DNA from: Macrostomum hystrix
Lineage: Eukaryota > Animalia > Platyhelminthes
NCBI GenBank assembly: GCA_950097015.1
Contig: CATNEN010000014.1
Location: 62,001-126,000, forward strand
Direction of reading: 5' to 3'
DNA length: 64,000 nt
The notes under the pieces are model-generated. The model worked only from the letters and a program-made list of their open reading frames with translations. It was not told where the DNA came from and did not search any database. Every line of letters starts with the position of its first letter. Within the stretch, counting starts at the first letter, position 1. The position numbers were made by a program, and so were the translations under genes. Positions 23,701-33,628 of the stretch are shown one piece after another.

Positions 23701-26585
23701 AAGCGCCAGAGCAATCATTTAGAATCCATCGTTCCTGCCACCTGTCAAGAAGGTAGATCTAGCTGATCTACTCAGTACGACCATCCTGACAGCTCATGAA
23801 ACCTCTTGCCCCCTTAAAGCATACAAAGGCAAAAATACCGCTCCCTGGTGGAACCCAGCGCTTGGAACCCTCCGTTGCAAGGCAAAATCCCTCCAGCGGA
23901 TTGCGCGGAAAAGCAAGGACCCAGCTGACCTGACCGCTTACCAGGATGCGATTCGCGACTTTAAGCGTGACACCAGGAAAGCGAAGTCCGAAAAGTGGCG
24001 CCAATACTGCGCCGAGCTTCAGGGCGCCCGCCCAACCTCTCGCGTTGTAAAAGCGCTCACTCTTGACAAAATATCGAAGCTCTCAGTGATCAAAAGACCG
24101 GACGGCCGGCTTGCTGAGAATCCTGGCGAATCGCTGGACATCATGCTCGCCAGCGCTTTCCCCCCGACCGCGCCGCTTCAGGACCCCCCGGACCACACTC
24201 CGGGTGGACACATCCTTGCGACCACCATTATCACTAGAGAACGGACAGCTCGCGCTGCTAATTCCTTCTCACCTTTTATGTCGCCTTGACCTGACAACAT
24301 TTACCCTGTCTTCCTACATGAAGCGGTGAAAAATGACAGGTTCCTCGGCCTCCTCTGCAACCTGTTCAAGGCCTTTATCACCATCGGGTACGTACCCAGG
24401 TCTTGGCAGGAAGCCACCATCGTCTTCATCCCCAAACCTGGGAAGGGAGACTACCATTCCGCCAAAGTCTTCCGCCCCATCAGCTTAACATCTTTCTTTC
24501 TTAAGCTGCTTGAAAGGCTAGTTCTTTGGCGCCGCCTTCACGTTGAGCTGAGGAACTCCCCGCTCTCCGCCAACCAGCACACCTTTCGTTCCGGACGCTC
24601 TATCGAAAGTGCTCTGCATGTCATTGTCGACAAGCTAGAGCGCGCCGTGCTTGGCACCGGTTTCGCTCTCTCGCTTTTCGGAGCCTTTAGGCGAGCCCTG
24701 GAGCGCCGGGCTGCGCACGAGCACCTCACCCGCTGGATCATGTATATGATCTCTCACCGAACTGCCACCTCGCACCTGCTTGGCCACTCCCGTTCTGTGA
24801 AAGTCCAGAAGGGAGGCCCGCAGGGTGGCGTTCTTAGTCCGATCCTTTGGAACTTTGTCATGGACGAGCTGCTCTGCAGCCCTGACCCGGACCCGCTCCA
24901 AAAAATCGGCTATGCTGACGACGTCACCGCCACTGTGGCCGGACCGTTTCCGGACCGTCTCCGGACCGGTCCTTAGAGACCTTTTGCAAGCTTTCATCCA
25001 CCGTGCCGAGCGCTGGGCTCATAGCTGCGGCCTCAAACTCTCTGAGTCCATGACCATCGCCATTATGTTCACCAGCAAACGAAACTGGAGGATTGAGCAT
25101 CTTCTTCTCTATGACAAACCCATCGCCATGGAGAAGCAAACTAGATGCTTAGGTGTCATCCTCGACCACAGGCTGAGCTGGACACCTCACGTCAAATTCA
25201 AAACTCGCAAAGCTCTCGCGACGCTCGCGCAGATCCACAGAGCCTTCGGTGCTACCTGGGGCCTCACACCCCGCCGTCTCTGGTGGATTTACACTACCAT
25301 TGTAAGAACTTTTTAGATATTTTTATCAAAGGGGAAGCGATGAAGACGGCTCGTCGTCTTCTGGACGCGGGTGTCTCCATCCGGAAGCAACTTGCCTTCA
25401 GCAAGCGGAACCTCCCCATGGCGACCTCAGCCTACGGGACCTGGACGCAGCAGGAGGTCTCAAAATTCTCTCAGACGGAATTCCGCCCATGCTGTGCCCA
25501 CCGCTAAAATTCAAAACCAGCATTCCGCCTCGCCAGGAAGTACGTGACCACGGCCAACCCCGTGAAATTCACTGCTTCACCGACGGTTCGCAAATCAACT
25601 CGGTCTCTGGTTTCGGCTACTGCATTATGTCCGGAGGGAAAACTGTGGCGACCTTCTCCCAGCACACCGGCATAAACTCTACCGTTTTCCATAACGAAGT
25701 TCTCGCCATCAGCTCCTGCACCACGGAGCTTATCAACCAAAATGTCCACGGAGCAGAAATCTTCCTCCACTCGGACAGCCAGGCGGCGATCCATGCCCTT
25801 GGACGCGCGCACACCTGCTCGCGCACAGTCCTTCGCTGCGTCGCGCAACTCAACCGCTTTGGGACCCACAACAAGGTGTCCCTAAGGTGGATTCCAGGGC
25901 ACTCTGGCCACCCTGGTAACGAATTTGCCGACAGCCTCGCCAAGGCCGGTTCGACGGGTTCGCTTTTTGGCCCCGTGCCTGCGGTCTGCACCCCTACCGC
26001 CGTCGTCAACACTCGGATTAACCAGTGGGTGGCCTCAAAGCACAAGGACAGATGGATCAATACCGCCGATTATCGGCAGTCTCGCGCTGCTGTCCCTTGT
26101 CCCTCCACTGCCCTTCGCAAACCCTTGCTTGGACTTAACCGCAGGGACATCAGGGCAGTTACCATGGCCCTCTGTGGCCATGACTGTTTCGCCAGGTACC
26201 GCTTCCTGCAAGGCAAAATCCGCAGTGAGGAGTGCCCCTTCTGCCTCTCCTATGTTGAGGATGCAGAACATTTTATTTGCGACTGCCCCGCCTTCACTCA
26301 GGACAGGTTGACCTATCTCGGCCCAAACCCGGATCTCCCCGACGTTTTCAGGCCTGAGAACATCTGCCAGCTCGTCCGTTACCCAAGGGCCACCGGGCGA
26401 GCAACTCTCCACCTCCTCTCCCGGAGGAGGACCGCGCTGCGGACGCCGGCAACACCGGATCCCCCTGCGCGACACCGCAGCTTTAGTTGCCTGTGGTCGC
26501 CAGGGGCTAGCGGCATGGGCGGCAACGCCTCCCCGCTGCATCCGAAGGATGCCCCCTGCAGCTAAGTCAAGTAAGTCAAAGTAAG
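20780..26585 (+). mobile_element. LOA/R1-like non-LTR retrotransposon (ORF1, APE, RT, RNase H, CCHC), near full length, degenerate
   Basis: FLQLNLHH, LLQEPW, GDINAHH and SDHR (APE); FRPISLTSF, GGPQGGVLSP and YADD (RT); FTDGS, SDSQAAI and WIPGHSG (RNase H); CPFC..HFICDC; tail gctaagtcaagtaagtcaa. 5' boundary approximate. Confidence 0.9.
21737..22066 (-). mobile_element. tRNA-derived SINE, copy 1, inserted in LINE ORF1
   Basis: On the minus strand, A box tggcagagcggttaa, B box gtttgattcc and a (TTA)-rich tail. 13-bp TSD catccaggaccaa at 21724-21736 and 22067-22079. Confidence 0.88.
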
Positions 26586-26599
26586 ACACCTAAAACAGC

Positions 26600-27613
26600 A
26601 CTTTATAGCGACCGGCTACTTGGTGATTTGGAATGTCTTTTTGGCTGGCCAAAGACTTGGTCACCATCAGGTTCCTGCTGAAGATTCGGCCTGGGCCTGA
26701 GACAGTGCGGTGTCGAACGTCAGCTTCCGCTCAGACAGCAGCCTCCGCTGGATGCTGTCGTTATTGATGCCTAGCACCAACCTGTCCGTTGGTGGCTCTC
26801 AACCTGTCCTGGCTGGTGCCAAAGTTGCAGTCCCTGGCCAGTCTGCGCTGGTCGGCAGGGAAGTCAAGTCAGGAATTGCCTCGCCGGCACGGCGACTCCG
26901 AGTGTAGAAGCGGAAGCGCAGAACGATTTCGGGTGGCTCGGGGTCAAAGTGATTCTTTAGCGTTTTGCAGATGTCTGCATAGCTGCTTGCAGCCGGAGTA
27001 CCAGGAGCTAGCAGGCTGGTTATTAGCTCGTAAGTCTTCTTGCCGCAGACGCTGAGGAGTGCGGCACGTTTTTTCTCATCTTTGTCGTTGTCGTATGTCG
27101 TTGGCCTCAAAAAACTGCTACAGTCTTTCCTGGTACTGCTGCCATTCTTCTATCCCCTCTTCAAAGGGTTCATTAAAGCCAACTACGCTCATGTCTAGTA
27201 GCCACTTCAAAGACCTTTCTGTGTACGGCAGCGGCTGAATCATGAAACCCGAATACAATGATTTTGCGTCCAAGCAGGCTAGGTAATGTGTGATGTGTGA
27301 AAAGCACTAACAATGACTGCAAAACGGAAGCAACCAAGCTGCTTGGAAAGATGAGTCTATAAAAATAGTACAGCACCAGGCTTTCGTCCAATTGAATTTG
27401 GAATTTAAAATGGTCTTTTTCGAGTAGACAGTTTAGTCTGAGCGGATAACCCATGGGTCAGCTGAGGGGACAGCGTGGAGGGATTCCTGCACCCGAAGGC
27501 ACAGGTCTCCTTCCTGCCAAGCTTGCTCAAAAAGCGACTGCAGGTGTGAGGCATCGCAGACCTTAGCCTTAGATCTGGATCGTGGGCCTGGACTGACTCA
27601 TACCTCACAGGCG
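26600..27613 (-). mobile_element. Gypsy (K02A2.6-like) LTR, PBS and gag N-terminus, inverted relative to the rest of the element
   Basis: PBS-like aagtggctactag precedes ATG at 27192; MSVVGFNEPFEEGIEEWQQYQERL, KKRAALLSVCGKKTYELI and DRLVLGINNDSIQRRLLSE. Confidence 0.8.
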
Positions 27614-30400
27614 TTGTGTCCCGCTGGTGCGACCTGTTTTAACTGTCTCTCACAGCGGCATGTAGCCGCTAAGTGTCCCTTCGTTGTCAAAAAATGCTTC
27701 AATTGCTCAAGGCTGGGCCACGCGGCTACTGCTTGCAAGTCGCTGGCTGTCACAAATCGTCGTGGCGATCAGGCCGTCAGGGAGGTCGAGCTGGAAGAGG
27801 AAAAGACGCTTTCACAGTACATATTGGCCGAACGGGAAAGGAAGATTCCGCCGATCAAGACAACAGTGCTTATAGAAGGCACGCCGGTTCGCATGGAGAT
27901 CGACACCGGCGCGTCGGTCTCACTCATTTCGTCGGACACCTTCCGCTAAGAGCTTGTGAGGGCGGCCCAAGCAACGCCCACCTGTGCACGTATTCAGAAG
28001 AGCCAGTTCCGCTGCTCGGCAGAATCATTGTCCAAGTGTGGGCGGTGGGATTGGCCAAGGAGCTTCCGCTGCTTGTCGTCAACGGCTCAGGTTCGAACCT
28101 GATCGGCTGTGACTGGCTCGTCGACCTTCCGCTGGACTGGCGCAGCATCAAGCAGGTGACCAAGGACGGTGAGCACCCGAGAATCCGCGCCCTGCTCGAC
28201 CACTACGCCGATGCTTTTTAGCCTAGACTCGGTAAGTACAATGGGCCACCTGTTCGGCTGCACTTGAAAGACGGAGCCCGGCCTCGATTTTTCAAAGCGC
28301 GCACCGTCCCCTTTGCTCTTAAAGCCAAGGTGGAGGCCCAGCTCGACAAATAAATCGAGTAGGGCGTGCTCGTGCCTGTGAACAGCTCCGACAACGCATC
28401 GCCGATCGTGCCGGTCCTTCAGTCCGACAACAACATCGAGCCTGACAAGTACCCGCTGCCACGCATTGACGAGCTTTTTGCCAAGCTGGCCGGCGGCCAA
28501 AGGTTCACCAAGCTCGGCTTGTTGTACGCCTACTCCCAGATGCCACTCGACGAAGCAGCCATCCATCAATATCTCCAAGGGACTGCTACGGTATACCCGG
28601 CTGCCGTTCGGCGTCGCTTCAGCTGCCGGCATCTTCCAGCGGTATATGGACAGCCTGCTGCAGTCCATCCCGGATGTCGCCTGTCGCTACCTAGAGCTTG
28701 TGCCACAGCGACTGCAACAGAGTGGCCTGCGCTGCGGCCTCGGCAAGTGCAACTTCATTCAGGAGAGCGTCTGCTAGCTAGGCTACAGGATAGACGCCGC
28801 AGGCTTCCGTCCGCTTCAGGACAAGGTGCGTGCGATCGAGGTCGCTCCACCACCGCAGAATGTGAGACAGCTCCGCAGCTTCCTCGGCATGGTAAACTAT
28901 TATGGCAAGTTCATGCCGAACTTGCCTGCCGATCTGGCATCGCTGCACCGCCTACTAGACCAGAGCGCCGAGTGGCGTTGGGGCGCCCTGCAAGAAGTCT
29001 ACATTCAACAAGTGCAAGAAGTTCCTCAGTAAGGTGCCGGTCCTGGCGTATTTTGACGACTACAAGCCATTGGTCCTGGAATGCGACGCCACGACGTACG
29101 GCATCGGCGCTGTCATCAGCCACCGGATGTTAACGGCATCGACCAGCCGATCGCTTTCGCTTCGCGCTCACTGCAAGACACCGAAATTCACGCTCGTCAG
29201 CGGCCACAAGCTGCTGGGAATGCTGCACGAAGACAAGCCGATTCCTTCGATGGCATCGGGCAGGATCCAGCGTTGGGCGCTCCTCCTGTCCGCCTACAGT
29301 TACACAATGGAGCACCCGTCCGGCCGATTGCTGCTCGCCGGACGCTCGTCATGGACATACTGTAATGAAGTCAGTGTGGCTTGCAGAGAGAAAATATTTT
29401 TAGAGCAGGCCTGGCCTAGCTCTCTCTATAAATACAAGTTTATTTTCCAGCCTGACCAGGCTTACCAATCAGCCGCTACCTCTGGGCGTGCACGCGCTCC
29501 AGAGTACGCACAGCGCGAGTACATTCCGGGAGAGAGAGAGAAAAATAGTACCCTCAATCCCCCACTCTGCACTGAAAGCGAAACGCAGTCACCACATGCT
29601 GGACGAAGGACCGGTCACAGCTGGAGACATTCGAGTCTGGACCCGGACTGACCCAGTCCTATCCAGAGAGCAGCAATTAACCGAATCCGTCTGCTGGCCG
29701 GAGCGGACGAGCCCTGAACTACAGGCAAGATTCGTTCCCGACGCGACCAGCTCAGCGTGCAGGACGGCTGTCTGCTCTGGGGCACTCGAGTCGTGGTGCC
29801 GCACGCCGGCCGGTCTGCGTTGCTACAGTGTCTGCACCAAGGACACCAGGGTGCGTCTAGAATGACGCACCCAGCTACGAGTGGAGTGACTGCGCGGACT
29901 GTCTAAAGCTGCAGAAGTCACCGGCACGGGTTCTGCTGCCCCCGTGGGCGTGGCCGGACAGGCCGTGGTCGCGCCTCCATATTGATTATGCACGCCCAGT
30001 CGAGGGCAAGATGCTGCTAATGGTCGTCGATGCCCACTCCAAGTGGATGGACGTGCACGTAGTGACGTCCACAACTTCGGCTGCGACGATCCAGATCCTG
30101 AGGCAGAGCTTCAGCACTTATGGGCTGCAGATGTAAGCGGCTGCGGTCCCTCGACTGCGGCGGGATCTTCCGGCGAGGGTGGCTCCCCAGCAAGCGATGC
30201 AGAAACAGCAGCACGAAGCCAACGCCTGTGATCGCCACATCGAGGTCGGCGATGCTGTGGTGGCGAGCGATTTCCCAACCGATGGCAGATGGAAGCCGGC
30301 CGTGTTGACTGCCAGCTCCGGAGCGGCGTCTTTCTCGTGTCAGTTCGACGACGGCTGACATGATCAGCGCCACATCGATCAGCTGTACAAACCGCTGCCA
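27614..30400 (+). mobile_element. Gypsy (K02A2.6-like) zinc knuckles, protease, RT, RNase H, integrase; degenerate
   Basis: CFNC..H..AKC..CFNC..GH...C, MEIDTGASVS, YPLPRIDELFAKLAGG, RLPFGVASAAGIFQR, FLGMVNYYGKF, RIQRWALLLSAY and DAHSKW. Confidence 0.88.
29361..29594 (+). mobile_element. Solo LTR (234 bp) inserted in the Gypsy pol
   Basis: TG...CA termini, internal tataaata and a 5-bp TSD catac/catgc. Removal restores VMDMLDEGPVTAGDI. Confidence 0.7.
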
Positions 30401-30479
30401 ACCGCGCCAGCCGCTGCGGCCCTGGAGTCGGAAGCCGAGCCGGTCGGGGAACCGTTTGGCTATTGAATCCTGCATGCTG

Positions 30480-30830
30480 CATCTTGCTGCCGCCGCCGCC
30501 GCCGCCGCCGCCGCGGCTGCTGTTGAATCCGGATCTTCTCTGCCAGCTTGCCATCGACGTTAAGGGCAGATTTGAGGGCGGCAGAGCTATTGTTGCAGCT
30601 AAGGGAGCGGATGACTCTCCAGGTTTTTTGAGGTCAGGGGACGTCTCAAGTTCACTGAGGAACTCAGCCCAGTAACAACGCTCCTTGGCTTCGCAGGAGA
30701 GGCAGCAGGCTTCCTGGCGATCTATTCCTTGCGCATTGGGGAGACAGCATGGCGCAGCCGATTGCGGCACGCAGCGTCGGGTTGCTATTTTGTTTCGTGA
30801 CGGTTTTCCCAAATGACTTCCTACACGACT
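30480..30830 (-). mobile_element. Old I-group LINE fragment (APE-RT linker)
   Basis: KERCYWAEFLSELETSPDLKK then WRVIRSL parallels WQGFVAELSARSPDNKVWNTIRAL in the Ingi-like ORF. Confidence 0.5.
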
Positions 30831-30844
30831 TGCTGTTGCTGTTG

Positions 30845-31100
30845 TTGTTGTTGTTGTGTACGGACTAGGCTCCAAACCCAGCAGCCACCCCGCGAGGCCC
30901 AGCCTCCCAGAGGAAGAAGGACCCACGAGGCCGCCGCCAGGTGGAGCCCCAACCACCGCCCCCTGGAGAGGAGCGGTGACCGAGTCCCGGTACTCTTAGC
31001 CGCCCGGTGGGAGCCGGGCGTTGCCTCCCCTCCGCGACGAAGACGCGGTGCCGGATAGGAGCCACGGCAAAGCCGTGGGCCGAGCGTAAAGCCCGACGGG
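30845..31100 (-). mobile_element. 256-bp non-autonomous retroelement with ribozyme-like 5' end and (CAA)n tail
   Basis: 14-bp TSD with 1 mismatch: tgctgttgctgttg at 30831-30844 and tgctgttactgttg at 31101-31114. (CAA)n tail on the minus strand at about 30857-30845. Confidence 0.65.
30987..31100 (-). ncRNA. HDV-like self-cleaving ribozyme candidate
   Basis: Minus-strand order: P1a cccgtcg, J1/2 hairpins, P2a ccggcacc, P3 gcg, L3 tcttcgt, cgc, P1b ggagggg, ag, gcaa, P4 cgcccgg/ccgggcg, g-C-taa, P2b gagtaccgg. P1 has only 5 of 7 pairs and P2 is imperfect. Confidence 0.6.
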
Positions 31101-33628
31101 TGCTGTTACTGTTGCCGCAGCTGACCAACGCGAGATTACTAATCTTTTGAAATGGTTGATTGTTCGTTGACTCAACTTGTAGGTATGATTACAACCCAGG
31201 GTGTCTATTATCCTAGCAGGCGTGTTCATTGTCATGCCCTAAATGATGATTCTCTTGCCGCTGCGGGTCCTTCGGATCCTCCAGGTGGCGCACTCTAACG
31301 TCTGCTTAAAGTAGCCAATTAAACATTTTAACAATTGGCGGGAATGAATAATAAATTGACGAAATTCCAACATGAGTTAAAACGGCCCTAGATCCACATT
31401 CAAGGACAACGTCACTGCGTAAAATTTCAAAATCATTTTGCTACTTTTTTAACACTATGTCAGCGGAGATACCAGCAAAGCTGCTGAGGCAACGGGGGGT
31501 AACCAAAAATAGGCGCGGGAGGCTAGTGGTTAAAGCCTTGGTCTGGTCATTTATCTTGCTTAGACACAAGCGCCAAAACCAAGCAATGTTGAATACTCGA
31601 ATGTTGAAGGCAAAAAATATGCATTATTTATTTATTTTTTTATTTTCAAGTCATTCTTGATTATTTTGAAAACTCTAAATCGCATTCGCTTCAAAGAAGG
31701 AAAAGCAATTTGTTTTAAAAACGAACTTTAACTTTTGAAGCATGTACGTTAAAACCGACTTGGACCTAAATATCCTCTTTCTGGCATCGCAAAACTGGTA
31801 TTACAATACAAGCACGTCAGAATGTGCTTTTTGTATACGAGCGTATTCTCGGATGTCAAAAAACTGAACTTCACTTAACGGCCGGATTAACTAGCTCCGC
31901 ATGAAATCGCAGACTTGATCGATTGTTACAGCAATTTGAGATTAACGAGCTCGTATACGATTTGAAGCATATATCATTGGTAGTAGCAGCTATTTGACAT
32001 CAATTGACTATGACCAGACAGACCAGATTACTTATTAGCTGACTTAGTGCGTCGCTGGCGATCCAGACAGTTTCTGAAAGGAAATTTAATTCCAATGATT
32101 ATATTAAACTCGTTCTAGCATATTATAAGCTCGAATAAACCTTCGCTTCACTCGCTTCCACGTGGCTTCTGCTGGGTTCAAAAAGAATCCATGGGGATTT
32201 AATTAGGCTTAAGAGCGTCCTTTCTGACTCGCACATGCTAAATTGTTAACTTACTTCTCCCAAAGCTCCTTTGGCCAGTTGACAAAGTAGGAGAATTCGA
32301 AGGCAGGCGAAATGCTCTGACTGAACCGCAGCTCCATAACCTCTCGACGTACATGTAGTAGCTCTGTGTGTTCATGCCTACCCATGTTTGACCGCTCAGT
32401 TCGAGACCGTCGCGCGCGCTGGGAATTCGCAGTACTTTGGCAGCCATTGGTAGACCTCCTCCCACCGTCTTCCCATCTGCCAGTTATTTCAGCTGTATCG
32501 TTGACAGAAAGGCCATCGGTCTGCAAAGCTAGACTGCTGTGATATGTTTTCGCATTCGAATTCGTTAAGCATGGCCCAGTCGTACTCTCAAAACGTTTCG
32601 AACCAAGTGGCTTGATATTATAGTGAGATAGCTGCTCAGATTTATCAAGCTCATTATGGGCCTCACTCTCTGCATCTTGAGCAGAAGCTTGAACACTTAA
32701 AGTTGAGGAACCCTCGAGCTCGGCCCTGTGTCTCCTGCGGCTCTAAAATTATTGGATAAGAGACTTGCTACATCTCCACCTATATATCGAAATACACCAA
32801 AAAGTTGAAATAAAGATAGATATAAATCGTAGCTTATTGAGAACTTTTGATTTCTACGCGCTCTTACTTGAAGCATACTAGAATCTTTTAGATGTATTCT
32901 ACTTGTATATTAGCTTGTATATTAGTAGACGATGAGCAAATTCGGGTAAATTTGCTTTTCACTCTTCACTGTCTGTTTCTCATCTCACCTCGATCTAATT
33001 CTATCTGGTTCTCTACCTCTGCCCTCGTTCTCACACCTTTATGTCGTCTTGTGATTCGTCCGCCTCTCACATTTTCGCCTCTTTCTTACCCCCAGTCGCG
33101 TACTCTGCTGTTATTGCAACGCCAACCTCCCTCCAGTCAGTCCAGTGCTGAAATACAAATATATACTCCAGGGCCCTACATAAATACATCCTACGCTCTT
33201 TACAGTTTCTCTGTAACTTAATCTCGACTACCTGCAGGCCAGCCAAAAATAAATTCCTTGTTTTTTTCTCGACAGGCTTAGCTAAATGTTTGAATAAAGA
33301 GGGTCAATCACAAACGTTGATTAGGAGGTGTACAATCTACTGCCACACTCACGACTGAGGTTAGAGAGATAAGTTTTCTTCCTTCGCTACAGGCACTTTT
33401 TTACTGTTGCTGAGTATATAAACTTAGGTTAAGGCCTATATCCCCTGGGAACAGCGCAGGCGCCGGACTACAGCACAATTAGCTCAGCCATCACCACTGC
33501 CGCTGCCAAGACTCTGCCGCTTATGGAACCTGCGTCACGGCAACTTCCAGTTTGGGCGAGCGACCCGGAGGTCCGTGAGGCCCGCCGCACTGTCAAGCAG
33601 CTGGGGCGAGCCAGGCGACCGACATCCG

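Noticed and set aside
32238-32526. Short minus-strand ORFs as a host exon
   Set aside because: No recognisable motif, and no consistent splice sites or partner exons were found.
33575-33628. N-terminus MRPAALSSSWGEPGDRHP of the 1290-aa ORF
   Set aside because: It lies outside the TSD-defined insertion, is RTE flank sequence, and starts at GTG.
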